NCBI GenBank assembly: GCA_963745035.1 | Contig: CAVUVW010000017.1 | Location: 256,001 to 320,000, forward strand | Direction: 5' to 3' | Length of the DNA: 64,000 bases | Source: an uncultured delta proteobacterium | GTDB lineage: Bacteria > Desulfobacterota > Binatia > UBA9968 | The notes under the pieces: generated by a model | What the model was told of the DNA's origin: nothing | The model's input: the letters and a program-made list of their open reading frames with translations, nothing else | Database searches by the model: none | Program-made: the position numbers and the translations under genes | Part shown: positions 1 through 10,098 of the stretch, one piece after another | Position numbering within the stretch: the first letter of the stretch is position 1 | How the letters are laid out: each line of letters opens with the position of its first letter

Positions 1-13
1 AAGGAGGAAGCGA

Positions 14-1171
14 GTGCTGTCAAAATATCGTCGGGTGCTTGCAGTCACTTTGTGTTGGACCATTTTTCCCGTGCTGGATGCGTCTTCATGGGCGCAAACC
101 GCCGCTGCGCCGGCGGCATCGGCAATGCCGACCTTGGAAGCGGTTAAATCGTGCTTGAACAGCCGGCGGAGCGCCGAGTGTCTCGACGGATTGTTCGCCG
201 AGGCGCTCAAAACCCACTCGACTTTCGAAGTCCTGCAACTGATCCAACGCTTCGAGGCACAGGATCCGGAGCTGCGACGCGACTGCCACCCCGTCGTGCA
301 CGCCGTCGGCCGCGAGACCTATCGGATCAAAGGCAATATCCACGATTCCTTCACCGCCTGTGATCAGACCTGTCACTCGGGCTGCTATCACGGCTCCGTC
401 GAACGTTTTCTTCGCGGCGACGATCTGTATTCTCAAGTCGACAAGCATCCCAGCGCCGCCGAGCTGAAACAAAAGGCGGCGCTCGCCTGCGACCCAAACA
501 TCCCCCTTCGCCTGCGCTTTCAGTGCCTGCACGGCCTCGGCCACGCGCTGCTGTTTTTTTCCCGCTACCAGTTGCAGGCGTCTCTGGACGCCTGCAACGC
601 GCTCCCGGACGACTGGAGCCGCAGCTCCTGCTACGGCGGCGTGTTCATGGAAAACGTCTTCAACGCCACGCCGGAAAGCCGCGATTTAAGCCCGACGGAT
701 TACCACTATCCGTGCAACAAAGTCGCCGACGAGTACCGCGGCGAGTGCTACAACATGCAAACCTCGCGCATGACCGAGATGGGGCTGAGCACCGAGAGGA
801 TCTTCCAAGAATGTGAGCGGGCCGGCGCCTTTCGCCAGCCCTGCTTTGTGTCGGTCGGCCGCGATCTATCGAATGAAGTGCGCCTCGGCCGGACCCGTCC
901 GGCGGCGCAGAAATGCGAGCTGGTCACGGGCCACAGCCGCCTTTCCTGCATGCACGGCGTCGTCTACGCGCTGATCGACAATACCTGGGACGGGCGCTAC
1001 GCGCTGCCGTTTTGCGCAAGCTTCGCGCAAGAGAACGATCAGGTCACCTGCATGCGGGAAAGCGCGAAATATCTCACCGGCACCTTCGAGAAGTCCCCGG
1101 TGGAGATCGCAAGACAATGCGCCGCGCACCTGCTCTCCTCCGAGCGCTGCGCCGAGATCAGTGCGCAGTGA
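14..1171 (+). CDS. Exported Cys/His-rich repeat protein of unknown function
   Basis: GTG start with AAGGAGG RBS; N-terminal signal peptide (…SSWAQ); repeated motifs CHPVVHAVG, CHSGCYHG, CLHGLGH, CYGGVFMEN, CMHG. Confidence 0.75.
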   Translation: MLSKYRRVLAVTLCWTIFPVLDASSWAQTAAAPAASAMPTLEAVKSCLNSRRSAECLDGLFAEALKTHSTFEVLQLIQRFEAQDPELRRDCHPVVHAVGRETYRIKGNIHDSFTACDQTCHSGCYHGSVERFLRGDDLYSQVDKHPSAAELKQKAALACDPNIPLRLRFQCLHGLGHALLFFSRYQLQASLDACNALPDDWSRSSCYGGVFMENVFNATPESRDLSPTDYHYPCNKVADEYRGECYNMQTSRMTEMGLSTERIFQECERAGAFRQPCFVSVGRDLSNEVRLGRTRPAAQKCELVTGHSRLSCMHGVVYALIDNTWDGRYALPFCASFAQENDQVTCMRESAKYLTGTFEKSPVEIARQCAAHLLSSERCAEISAQ

Positions 1172-1260
1172 AATCCGGCCAAACATTCGCTTCCCGCCCC
1201 TTGTCAGCGCAGTGACTAAGTGACAAGCTGAAACTAGTTTGTCTCACGGAGCGCCACAGC

Positions 1261-1647
1261 ATGAAACCGCCGCTTCTGTTGCTCGTTGACGATGAAGTCG
1301 GGGTACGCGAGTCGCTCAAGATGGTCTTTGGAAAAGGCTACCACCTGCTCGAGGCCGACTCGGTCGATGCCGCGATTGCCCAGGTGGATCGGGCGCGGCC
1401 CGACGTTGTGCTGCTAGACGTGCTCATGCCGAGAGCCGACGGCCTTCAAGCTCTCCAGCGCATCAAAGAAATTCATCCAAGCTGCGCGGTGATCATGCTC
1501 ACCGGCGTCAACTCGCAACAATTGGCGACCAAAGCCATCGATTCCGGAGCCTTCGACTTTATCGGCAAGCCATTCGACATCAACGATCTGCGTCAGAAGG
1601 TTGCGCGCGCGTTGGAATCGACCACGGCCAAGCCGCCGACCCAGTGA
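1261..1647 (+). CDS. Single-domain response regulator (receiver)
   Basis: LLVDDE, DVVLLDVLMP (phospho-Asp), MLTG, FIGKPF motifs. Confidence 0.92.
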   Translation: MKPPLLLLVDDEVGVRESLKMVFGKGYHLLEADSVDAAIAQVDRARPDVVLLDVLMPRADGLQALQRIKEIHPSCAVIMLTGVNSQQLATKAIDSGAFDFIGKPFDINDLRQKVARALESTTAKPPTQ

Positions 1648-1667
1648 TCTTCCCCGCACGTTCGCTC

Positions 1668-2294
1668 ATGCCCCGAAAGCCTCGGCATTTTCTGAAATTT
1701 GTGTTGGCGCTTTGCCTGCTCGCCGGCGGCTGCGCCCGCCTCAAACAATGCGCCTATGAAGGCATCGGCCGCGACGACTGGCAGCAGCCGCAGAAAGTAG
1801 TGGCCGCGCTCAAAATCCAACCCGGCGCCGTCGTCGCCGACCTCGGCTCGGGGAGCGGCTATTTCACTTTCCGACTCAACGAGGCGGTCGGACCCGGCGG
1901 GAAAGTCTACGCGGTGGACGTCGATCCCGATATGATCGAGCTGATCGCGAAGGCCGCCAAAGACAAGCGTCAAAGCAATATCGAAACAATTCTCGCCAAG
2001 CCCGAGAATCCTTTATTGCCCAAAGCCGGCGTCGATCTGATCTTCACGTCGAATACCTACCATCACATCGACGATCGCGTCGCGTATTTCGCCAATCTCC
2101 GGCAATTTCTTCGTCCGGGAGGAAGGGTGGCGATCATCGAGTTTGACCGCCGCGGCTGGCTGCAAGGCCTGCTGCGCCACTACACGCCGAGCGAGTTCAT
2201 CCAACGCGAAATGGAGCAGGCCGGCTACCGCCTGCAGGAGAATTTCGATTTTCTCGATCGTCAATCTTTCTTGATCTTCGCGCCGAAATCGTAG
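1668..2294 (+). CDS. Class I SAM-dependent methyltransferase with predicted lipoprotein signal
   Basis: VADLGSGSG SAM motif, YAVDVD, LRPGGRV; N-terminus MPRKPRHFLKFVLALCLLAGGC. Start could be 1644. Confidence 0.85.
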   Translation: MPRKPRHFLKFVLALCLLAGGCARLKQCAYEGIGRDDWQQPQKVVAALKIQPGAVVADLGSGSGYFTFRLNEAVGPGGKVYAVDVDPDMIELIAKAAKDKRQSNIETILAKPENPLLPKAGVDLIFTSNTYHHIDDRVAYFANLRQFLRPGGRVAIIEFDRRGWLQGLLRHYTPSEFIQREMEQAGYRLQENFDFLDRQSFLIFAPKS

Positions 2295-2454
2295 CCGCCG
2301 TCCGTTCGCCGCTGCTTTACCTGTCGGGATGACCAAATTGTTGTGCCGAAAGTATTCGCCCCTCGCGGAAGCAATTTTTAACGTCCGCTTGGAGCGCTTC
2401 CGCGCTTGCTCCCCCGAGACAAAATAGGTAATTTACGTTTCGATTGGAGCTTCC

Positions 2455-4455
2455 TTGACGACAACCTACATTCTTAAAAACTCCACGCTACCCGTCCGCA
2501 GCAGTTCAGGGCTCGACTATCGCAAGGAGTTAAACGAGGCGCAGTACCAGGCGGCGGCCGCGATGGAAGGGCCGCTGCTGATCATCGCCGGCGCCGGCAC
2601 GGGCAAGACGCGCACGCTGGTCTACCGCGTCGCCCACCTCATTGATCAAGGCGTCGATCCGCGCTCGATCCTGTTGCTGACGTTTACCCGGCGCGCCGCC
2701 GAGGAAATGCTCCGGCGCGCGAGCCTGTTGATCGACGGTCGGTGCAGCCAGGTGGCCGGCGGCACCTTTCATTCTTTCGCCAACCTGGTGCTGCGCATGA
2801 ACGGGCGTTATCTCGGCCTCTCGCCCTCGTTCACGATCATGGATCGCTCCGACAGCGAGGACGTGATTCAGCTCATCCGCAGCGACATGGGTTTGAACAC
2901 CAAGGAGAAGCGTTTTCCGCGCAAGCAGACGGTGGCGGAAATCTTCAGCATGACCCACAACAAACAGGCCAGGCTGGGCGACTTGCTCGAGTTGGAATAT
3001 CCGCACCTGGTCGAAGTTGGTTTCGAATTGAGCGATCTATTGACCCGTTATAGCACTTACAAAAGCGAAAAGTCGCTGCTCGATTACGACGACCTGCTGG
3101 TGAAACTCCGCGATCTTCTGGCCGATCACGCCGGCGCGCGCGAGCGCCTGTCCGACATGTATCGGTTCATCATGGTCGATGAGTACCAGGACACCAACCA
3201 ACTTCAGAATCAGATCGTCCGCCTGCTCGCCGCAACCCACGACAACGTCGCCGTAGTCGGCGATGACGCGCAAAGCATTTACTCGTTCCGCGGCGCCGAT
3301 TTCCGCAACATCATGGATTTTCCCAAGCAGTTCCCGGGCGCCCGCATCATCAAGCTCGAAGAAAATTATCGCAGCACCCAGCCGATCCTGAATCTGACCA
3401 ACGAGATCATCCAGCGCGCCAAAGAAGGCTATGAGAAGCGCCTGTTCACTCGCAAGAGCGTCGGCACACGGCCCAAGCTGGTGGCGGCGGCGAGCGAGCA
3501 GATGCAGTCCCAGTTCGTCTGCCAGAAGATTTTGGAGCTGCGCGAAGAGGGCGTGCCGTTGTGGGACATCGCGGTACTCTTCCGTTCGAGCTTTCATTCC
3601 TTCGATCTGGAAATCGAGCTGGCGCGCCATAACATTCCGTTCGTCAAGCGCGGCGGTTTTCAGTTCATGGAAACCTCCCATGTCAAAGACTTGCTCGCGC
3701 ACATGCGGGTGCTCGCCAATCCGCAGGATGCGGTTTCGTGGAATCGCGTCCTGCTGCTCCTTGAAGGCATCGGCCCTGGCGCCTGTCAAAAGATTATCAA
3801 ATGGCTGCTCGCCGGCACCAACGCAGTCGAGCGTCTGCGCTCCTACCCGGCCAAAGGCAAGATCGCCCACGGGCTTCGCACCCTCGCGCAGGTGCTCGAA
3901 GAAGCCGGACAAGCCGAGCTGCCGCCCGAGCAGGCGCAATACTTGATGCAGTATTACGCGCCGCTCCTCAAGCAGAATTATCCCGACGACCATCCCAAGC
4001 GCCTGAGAGACCTGGAACATTTTCAGGGCATGACCGAGCGCTATCGGAGCCTCGAGCGTCTGCTGAGCGACATGGCGCTCGAGCCGCCCAACGACAGCAT
4101 CGGCGGCGTCCTCGCCGTCGATCCCGACGAAGGCCCGCTGGTGCTCTCGACGATTCATTCGGCCAAGGGGCTGGAGTTTCATTCGGTATTCATCATCTGG
4201 GCGTTGGAGGGAAGATTCCCTTCCTTTTACAACACCACCAGCGTGGAAGAGCTCGAGGAAGAGCGCCGCCTGTTGTACGTCGCCGCCACCCGCGCCAAAC
4301 AGAATCTTTTTATCAGCTATCCGACGCAGGTTTTCGACAAGAGCTTGCGCATGGTATTGTCCCGCCCGTCGCAGTTCATCGACGAGATGCCGCCACGGCT
4401 GCTCGAACCGATTGCCCTGGTGCCCGAGGGATCTTACTGGGATTGGGAGAGTTGA
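2455..4455 (+). CDS. ATP-dependent DNA helicase, UvrD/PcrA/Rep family
   Basis: AGAGTGKT, DEYQD, VGDDAQSIYSFRGA, ENYRST, STIHSAKGLEF, EERRLLYVAATRA. Confidence 0.95.
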   Translation: MTTTYILKNSTLPVRSSSGLDYRKELNEAQYQAAAAMEGPLLIIAGAGTGKTRTLVYRVAHLIDQGVDPRSILLLTFTRRAAEEMLRRASLLIDGRCSQVAGGTFHSFANLVLRMNGRYLGLSPSFTIMDRSDSEDVIQLIRSDMGLNTKEKRFPRKQTVAEIFSMTHNKQARLGDLLELEYPHLVEVGFELSDLLTRYSTYKSEKSLLDYDDLLVKLRDLLADHAGARERLSDMYRFIMVDEYQDTNQLQNQIVRLLAATHDNVAVVGDDAQSIYSFRGADFRNIMDFPKQFPGARIIKLEENYRSTQPILNLTNEIIQRAKEGYEKRLFTRKSVGTRPKLVAAASEQMQSQFVCQKILELREEGVPLWDIAVLFRSSFHSFDLEIELARHNIPFVKRGGFQFMETSHVKDLLAHMRVLANPQDAVSWNRVLLLLEGIGPGACQKIIKWLLAGTNAVERLRSYPAKGKIAHGLRTLAQVLEEAGQAELPPEQAQYLMQYYAPLLKQNYPDDHPKRLRDLEHFQGMTERYRSLERLLSDMALEPPNDSIGGVLAVDPDEGPLVLSTIHSAKGLEFHSVFIIWALEGRFPSFYNTTSVEELEEERRLLYVAATRAKQNLFISYPTQVFDKSLRMVLSRPSQFIDEMPPRLLEPIALVPEGSYWDWES

Positions 4456-4457
4456 AG

Positions 4458-5966
4458 ATGCTCCAACTGCTGCACTACATCGTTGTCTTCGTCAGCGGCG
4501 CGGTGCTGATGGCGCTGGAGATCGCCGGCAGCCGCGTCCTGGCGCCTCACTTCGGCAGCTCGATCTTCGTCTGGGGAAGCTTGATCTCCGTGGTCATGAC
4601 CGCGCTCAGCATCGGCTACTACTGGGGCGGCTGGTTGTCGACGCGGGAACCGTCGTACGGCAAGCTCATGCTTTTGCTCCTGATTCCCGGCATCGCGGTT
4701 TTCTTTTTGCCGTTTCTCTACCCCGCGATCAACGAATGGATCGCCATGAGAGACTTCGGCACCCGGATGAATCCGCTCATCGCCTGCTCCGTGCTCTTTC
4801 TGCTGCCGGGAGTCTTTATGGGCACCATCTCGCCCTATGTGATCCGGCTGGCCGCCACCCAACTCCATACCGTCGGCAGCACCGCCGGCACGCTCTACGC
4901 CGTGTCGACGGCGGGCAGCATTTTTGGCACCTTGCTCACCGCCTTTTATCTGATCCCGGTTCTCGGCGTGAGCAATATCATTCATACCCTGGGGGTTGTG
5001 CTGGTTTGTTTGTCGCTACTTGTAGTACCCTTGATTCGCCTACGGCGCGTGTCGCCGGCGCGGGTCGTCGCGACCGTCTCGGCCGCGTTCGCAGTCTTGA
5101 ATTTGGTATGGGCGCCGGTCGCCTGGACAAAAACTCTCTTGCAAAAAGACACCTTCTACCATCGCATCCGCATCGAGGAGGACGACGAAGCGCGCTACAT
5201 GTACTTCGACCGCACGCTCCAGAGCGCGATGAATCTTAAAGATCCGACGGCGCTTCGGCTGATTTATTCGAAGTACACCTCCATCGGATTGACCTTCCGT
5301 CCTGACGCCAAGAAGATGCTCATCATCGGACTGGGCGGCGGCTCGATCCCCAAGAAGATTCAAAAAGAGTTCCCGCACATGGAGATCGACGCCGTCGAAA
5401 TCGATCCGGAAGTGATCAAGATGGCGAAGGACTTTTTCAACGTCAAGGAAAGCAACTTGCTCCGGCTGCACGCTCAGGACGGCCGCTTGTTCATGGCGCG
5501 GACAAAGCACCAATACGACATCATCCTGCTCGACGCCTATTATACCGATGCCATGCCCTTTCACCTCACGACCAAAGAATTCTTCGCGCTGGCCCAGAAG
5601 AAACTGACGCCGAACGGCATTATCGTCGCCAACCTCATCAGCGCGGTCACCGGCCCGTCCGGCAAGATCGCCCGCGCTTTTGTGCGCACCCAGCGCCAGC
5701 TTTTTCCCCAGACCTACGTCTTTGCCGCGCGCCGCCCGGACAACGTGAGTCTGGATACGATCCAAAATGTGATCGTAGTGGCGACCCGCGACAAGCAGCC
5801 TGTCGATATCAAGGAAATCGTCAAGCGCGCCGGCACCCTCGACAAGGGCCTGTTTCCCAATCCGCTTCAGGATATCGCCGTCGCCTACTTCGACAAACCG
5901 CTGCCGGAAGATGTTCCCGTACTCACCGATGACTACGCGCCGACGGATAATTTGCTCAATCCTTAG
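4458..5966 (+). CDS. Membrane protein fused to spermidine-synthase-like SAM domain
   Basis: True start ATG 4458 (MLQLLHY…) within ORF 3801-5966; several TM helices then IIGLGGG, VEIDPEV, DIILLDAY, LTDDYAP. Confidence 0.88.
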   Translation: MLQLLHYIVVFVSGAVLMALEIAGSRVLAPHFGSSIFVWGSLISVVMTALSIGYYWGGWLSTREPSYGKLMLLLLIPGIAVFFLPFLYPAINEWIAMRDFGTRMNPLIACSVLFLLPGVFMGTISPYVIRLAATQLHTVGSTAGTLYAVSTAGSIFGTLLTAFYLIPVLGVSNIIHTLGVVLVCLSLLVVPLIRLRRVSPARVVATVSAAFAVLNLVWAPVAWTKTLLQKDTFYHRIRIEEDDEARYMYFDRTLQSAMNLKDPTALRLIYSKYTSIGLTFRPDAKKMLIIGLGGGSIPKKIQKEFPHMEIDAVEIDPEVIKMAKDFFNVKESNLLRLHAQDGRLFMARTKHQYDIILLDAYYTDAMPFHLTTKEFFALAQKKLTPNGIIVANLISAVTGPSGKIARAFVRTQRQLFPQTYVFAARRPDNVSLDTIQNVIVVATRDKQPVDIKEIVKRAGTLDKGLFPNPLQDIAVAYFDKPLPEDVPVLTDDYAPTDNLLNP

Positions 5967-6582
5967 CGCGCTCCTTTTCTCCTCCTGTTCGCTGCTCGGC
6001 CCCGAAACGCCGCAACGGTTGGTGCGCGTCAAAGTTCTCGCCGACGTTTCCTTCCGCGCGCGCAATCCGAACTGGACCGAAGAGGCGCGCGGCATCGTCG
6101 AGGCCGCTTCGGACTACTATGAGCGCGAGTTCGATATTCGCATCATGACGCAAAGCGTTGCCGCCTGGCCGGCTGCGGCGCGGGTGGACTCCACGCCGGC
6201 TTTGATGGCCATGCTGCAAAAAGAATTTCCCATTCACGGAAAGAATGGCAGCTACGATTTGATCGTCGCTTTTACCGGCGAAAACACCAGCCGGTATTTG
6301 ACCGCCGGGCGCCCGCGCGTCGACCGCATCGGCGACTGCACGCAGGGTTTGTCCAACTACGTCGTCGTCCCGATCGGCAAGGTCTTTCACTACCAGGGCG
6401 CGAGCGCGGAGCCGGAATTCGACGTGATCGCCTTGATTCACGAGCTTGGCCACGTCTTCGGCGCCGAGCACGTCGAAGACACCCGATCGCTCATGCACGA
6501 AAATTTCGGCTACCGCACCGAATTTGATGGTAAGAACCGCGACATCATCCGGAAGAATCGCGCCTGCGCGTTTGCCAAATAA
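5929..6582 (+). CDS. Zinc metallopeptidase (metzincin, M12-like), probable lipoprotein
   Basis: HELGHVFGAEH zinc motif followed by Met-turn (SLM); lipobox LFSSC. Confidence 0.8.
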   Translation: MTTRRRIICSILSALLFSSCSLLGPETPQRLVRVKVLADVSFRARNPNWTEEARGIVEAASDYYEREFDIRIMTQSVAAWPAAARVDSTPALMAMLQKEFPIHGKNGSYDLIVAFTGENTSRYLTAGRPRVDRIGDCTQGLSNYVVVPIGKVFHYQGASAEPEFDVIALIHELGHVFGAEHVEDTRSLMHENFGYRTEFDGKNRDIIRKNRACAFAK

Positions 6583-6659
6583 AGAAGAAGGCAATAGGCA
6601 TTAGACAACAGGCAACAGTTCGGATCTAGGATTTTCCTGCTCAGTGCCCAATGCCTACT

Positions 6660-7418
6660 ATGCTAGAGAATGTCCGCATCGTGATGGTCCGGCCGCGCGG
6701 CTCGGGCAATATCGGCTCGGTTGCGCGCGCGATGAAAAATCTCGGCGCCAAGGAGCTCGCCATCGTCGGCAACGCGCGCACGCAGAGCTTTTGGGCGAGA
6801 GCGATGGCCGTGCACGGACGCGACATTTTGGCGCAAGCCAAGGGTTACCCGACCATCCGCGAAGCGATTGCCGACTGCACGTTGGTCGTCGGCACCACGT
6901 GCCGGCCCGGACTTTATCGCAGTCACAGCCAAGCGCCGCGCGCCGTCGCGCCGGCCGTGGTCTCCGCGGCGCAAAAAGGTAAGGTCGCCTTGCTCTTCGG
7001 TCCCGAGGACCACGGCCTCAGCAACAAGGACCTGGAACACTGCCAGATGCTCGTGACGATTCCGGCCCAGACGGAGTACCAGTCGTTCAATGTCGCGCAG
7101 GCGGCGGTGATTTTCCTTTACGAGCTTTACGTCGCGTCGCTCACTCCAGAGGATGAAGACGGCATTCAGCGGGCGGAGGCGGAGCAGATCGAGCGGCTGT
7201 TCGACATTATGCGCGCCTCCTTGCTGAAGATCGGTTTTCTCGACGCGGAGAATCCCGAGCACATGCTGCTCGCTTTGCGGCGCATTCTGGGCCGCGCCGG
7301 CCTGGAAGAAAAAGACGTGCGCATCCTCACCGGGATGTTCCGCCAGATCGAATGGTATGCCCATCAGGGCTGGAAAGTCGTCGAGGAAAAAGAAAAACGG
7401 GGCATCAAGATTCGCTAG
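6660..7418 (+). CDS. trmJ: tRNA/rRNA methyltransferase, SpoU/TrmJ family
   Basis: RIVMVRP…GNIGSVARAMKN, LLFGPEDHGLSN, SFNVAQA SPOUT motifs. Confidence 0.88.
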   Translation: MLENVRIVMVRPRGSGNIGSVARAMKNLGAKELAIVGNARTQSFWARAMAVHGRDILAQAKGYPTIREAIADCTLVVGTTCRPGLYRSHSQAPRAVAPAVVSAAQKGKVALLFGPEDHGLSNKDLEHCQMLVTIPAQTEYQSFNVAQAAVIFLYELYVASLTPEDEDGIQRAEAEQIERLFDIMRASLLKIGFLDAENPEHMLLALRRILGRAGLEEKDVRILTGMFRQIEWYAHQGWKVVEEKEKRGIKIR

Positions 7419-7429
7419 GAGGTCTTACC

Positions 7430-8069
7430 GTGAACGTCAATCATTTCGATCCGCGAAAGACGGCGATGTTATTCTTCGATATCCTGAACGGGTACGTCCC
7501 CGAAGCCGAACCGGGCAAGCCGCGGGCGTTGAAGCCGTGGATTCAAAACGCCGTCCGCCTCTGCAAGGCGGCGCGTGCCGCGCGATTGCCGGTCTTCTTC
7601 GCCAAGGGAAACCACCGCCCGGACAACGCGACCAACGGCATTGTTGCTGACCGATACCAACAACTCACTCACGCCCTGGCCGAACGGCGAAGTGACGAAA
7701 ACAAAAATGCACGTCATCGCCGGCGACAAAAGCTCCGACGTGCTCGCCGAGCTGGAGCCGCAAGAGGACGACTATTATATCGTCAAGTACCGCTGGAGCG
7801 CGTTTCATCAGACTTACCTCGATCTCGCGCTGCGCACGCGCGGCATCGACACGGTTATTATCTCCGGAGGATCCACCGATGTCGGCGTGACTTCGACTTT
7901 GTATTCGGGTCGGGACTTGGACTATAACATGATCGTCGCGAGCGACGCCTGCGGCACATCGCACGATCAGCGCGCCCATGACATGCTGATGGAGCTCGTC
8001 TTCCCGCGCATGTCGCGCGTGCGCACGACGGATCAGGTGATCGCAATGCTCCAAAAGGCACGGTCATAA
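7430..8069 (+). CDS. Isochorismatase-family cysteine hydrolase (one frameshift ~7635)
   Basis: GTG 7430 after GGAGG; TAMLFFD in one frame and KYRWSAF…LRTRGIDTVIISGGST…ASDAC in the next; span is 3n+1. Confidence 0.8.
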
Positions 8070-8093
8070 AACTTATCGAAGAGAACCTTATTT

Positions 8094-8218
8094 GAGGCCG
8101 TTCAAAAAGGTTTAGTTGCGAGGCGCGCGACGGTCGACGAGCGGAGGCGTACAACAACAGTACGTTGGAGCGAGGCGAACGAGCGCAACGAAGCAAATGA
8201 GCCTTTTTCAACGGCCTC
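8094..8218. mobile_element. ~125-bp MITE-like element, copy 1
   Basis: Terminal inverted repeats GAGGCCGTTCAAAAAGG / CCTTTTTCAACGGCCTC; interior (GCGAGGCGCGCGA…GAGCGGAGGCGTACA…CAGTACGTTG…GCGAGGCGA…GAGCGCAACGAAGC) shared with 43622-43747. Confidence 0.75.
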
Positions 8219-8233
8219 GCAAAGGAGATAAAC

Positions 8234-9370
8234 ATGGCAACGAATGGCACCGCGCCAGTCGGCGTCAGCAAGAACATCAACCAGATCGGCCGCACGGATC
8301 TTCCCGGAGGCGGTTCCGTAGTTGTCGAGAACGGCTACGCCTACGTCGGCCACATCGACCCGCCGCACGGAACTTCGATCCTGGACGTGCGCGATCCGAA
8401 ACATCCCAAGCTCGTCGCCCAGCTTGAGGTGCCGGAAGGCATCCATTCGCACAAAGTACGCGTCAGCGGTGATTTGATGTTGATCAACTACGAGCGCTAC
8501 AAGACCAAAAAAGAGCCCGACGCCGGCCTCAAGATCTTCGATATTTCGAATCGCTCCAAGCCGCGCGAGATCGCCTTTTTCAAGGCCCCGGGCAAAGGTC
8601 TGCACCGCTTCACCTTCGACGGGCGCTACGCTTACCTGTCTCCTACGATGGAGGGCTACGTCGGCAACATCGCCATGATCCTCGACCTAAAAAATCCGGA
8701 AAAGCCGGAGGAAGTCTGCCGCTGGTGGATGCCCGGACAATGGACGGCCGGCGGCGAGACGCCGACTTGGCACGGCACCGACACTCGCTGCCACCATCCG
8801 ATCCGGCGGGGTGATCGACTCTACATCAGCTACTGGCACGGCGGCTTCGCCATCGTCGATATTTCGGACATGGGCAAACCCAAGACCGTGAGCACGCTCG
8901 ACTATAGTCCACCCTATCCTTGTCCCACCCACACCACTCTGCCGATGCTTAATAAAATTATGGATCGCGACTGGTTGATCGTCACGGATGAAGAAGTCGG
9001 CGAGAAGCTCAACGATACGCATAACGCGTTTCTGTGGGTCGTCGATATTACCAAAGAAGAGCTGCCGCTTCCCGTTGCGACGTACATCGTGCCGTTCGAA
9101 GGCAAATCGACCGGCCGCAACCGCTTCGGCGCCCATCAACCCGCCGAGCAGGTTTACGGCAACACGCTTTACATCACTTGGTTCGGCGGCGGCCTGCGGG
9201 CCGTGGACTTTTCCAACCCCTACATGCCCAAAGAAGTCGGCTACTACATCCCGCAACCCGGCAGAGGATACGACGTGGTCATGAGCAACGACGTCTTCCA
9301 TGACAAGGACGGCAAGCTCTACCTGATCGATCGATATGAAGGGTTGGAGATACTCGAGCCGGATCTATAG
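8234..9370 (+). CDS. LVIVD-repeat beta-propeller protein
   Basis: Repeated SILDVRDP, KIFDISNR, MILDLKNP, AIVDISDM, WVVDIT, RAVDFSNP; AAGGAG RBS. Confidence 0.85.
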   Translation: MATNGTAPVGVSKNINQIGRTDLPGGGSVVVENGYAYVGHIDPPHGTSILDVRDPKHPKLVAQLEVPEGIHSHKVRVSGDLMLINYERYKTKKEPDAGLKIFDISNRSKPREIAFFKAPGKGLHRFTFDGRYAYLSPTMEGYVGNIAMILDLKNPEKPEEVCRWWMPGQWTAGGETPTWHGTDTRCHHPIRRGDRLYISYWHGGFAIVDISDMGKPKTVSTLDYSPPYPCPTHTTLPMLNKIMDRDWLIVTDEEVGEKLNDTHNAFLWVVDITKEELPLPVATYIVPFEGKSTGRNRFGAHQPAEQVYGNTLYITWFGGGLRAVDFSNPYMPKEVGYYIPQPGRGYDVVMSNDVFHDKDGKLYLIDRYEGLEILEPDL

Positions 9371-9371
9371 G

Positions 9372-9498
9372 ATTCAAATAGTTCAAAGCGTTCAAATCGC
9401 TCAACCCCCACCTCTGTCCTCCCCCGCGACGCGGGGGAGGATGAAGGAGAGGGCTTGAACGGAGCGCAGCGGTTAAACGGCTTGAACGTTTTGAACGT
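9372..9498. repeat. Inverted 9-bp (GTTCAA/TTGAAC) tandem-repeat arms enclosing a REP-like hairpin
   Basis: Left TTCAAATAG TTCAAAGCG TTCAAATCG; central CCTCCCCCGCGACGCGGGGGAGG; right TTGAACGG…TTAAACGGC TTGAACGTT TTGAACG. Confidence 0.8.
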
Positions 9499-9506
9499 CA
9501 ACTTTG

Positions 9507-10098
9507 ATGAAGCTATTTAACGTCGCCTACTCCGGCAACTCCTACAAAGTCCGCCTGCTGCTCGTCGCATCTCGGCATCCCTTATGAAATTATCGAAGTC
9601 GATATCCTGAAAGGCGAAAGCCGCACGTCCGAATTTCTCAAGATCAACCCCAACGGCCGCACGCCGGTGCTCGACGACAACGGATTTGTCCTGGCCGAAT
9701 CCAACGCCATCCTCGCCTACCTCGCCCGAGGCACGAAATATCTGCCCGAAGACCGCAAAAAGTTCGCGCTGGTCTTCCAGTGGATGTTCTTCGAGCAATA
9801 CAGCCACGAACCGTTCATCGCGACATCACGCTTCTGGTTGCAGCACAAGCCGGACTCGCCGGAAAGGACCGCCGCGCTCGCCGCCAGGCGGGATGGCGGC
9901 TGGGCCGCCCTCAAGATTATGGAAGAACATTTAGCGAGGAACGATTTTTTCGTCGCCGATTACAGCATCGCCGATATAGCTCTTTTCGCTTACACCCATG
10001 TCGCTCACGAAGGCGGCTTTCCACTGGATGATTTTCCGAAGATCAGAGGTTGGATCGAACGAGTGAGGGCTCAACCGCGGTTTGCGCCGATGCTATGA
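9507..10098 (+). CDS. Glutathione S-transferase family protein (frameshift ~9563)
   Basis: [19 protein letters not shown] from ATG 9507, then [30 protein letters not shown]. Confidence 0.88.

Noticed and set aside
14-1171. Multiheme cytochrome c
   Set aside because: No canonical CxxCH; only a single CxxxCH.
3801-4457. N-terminal 219 aa of the 721-aa ORF
   Set aside because: Off-frame overlap with the helicase, Arg/Ala-rich; the real protein starts at 4458.
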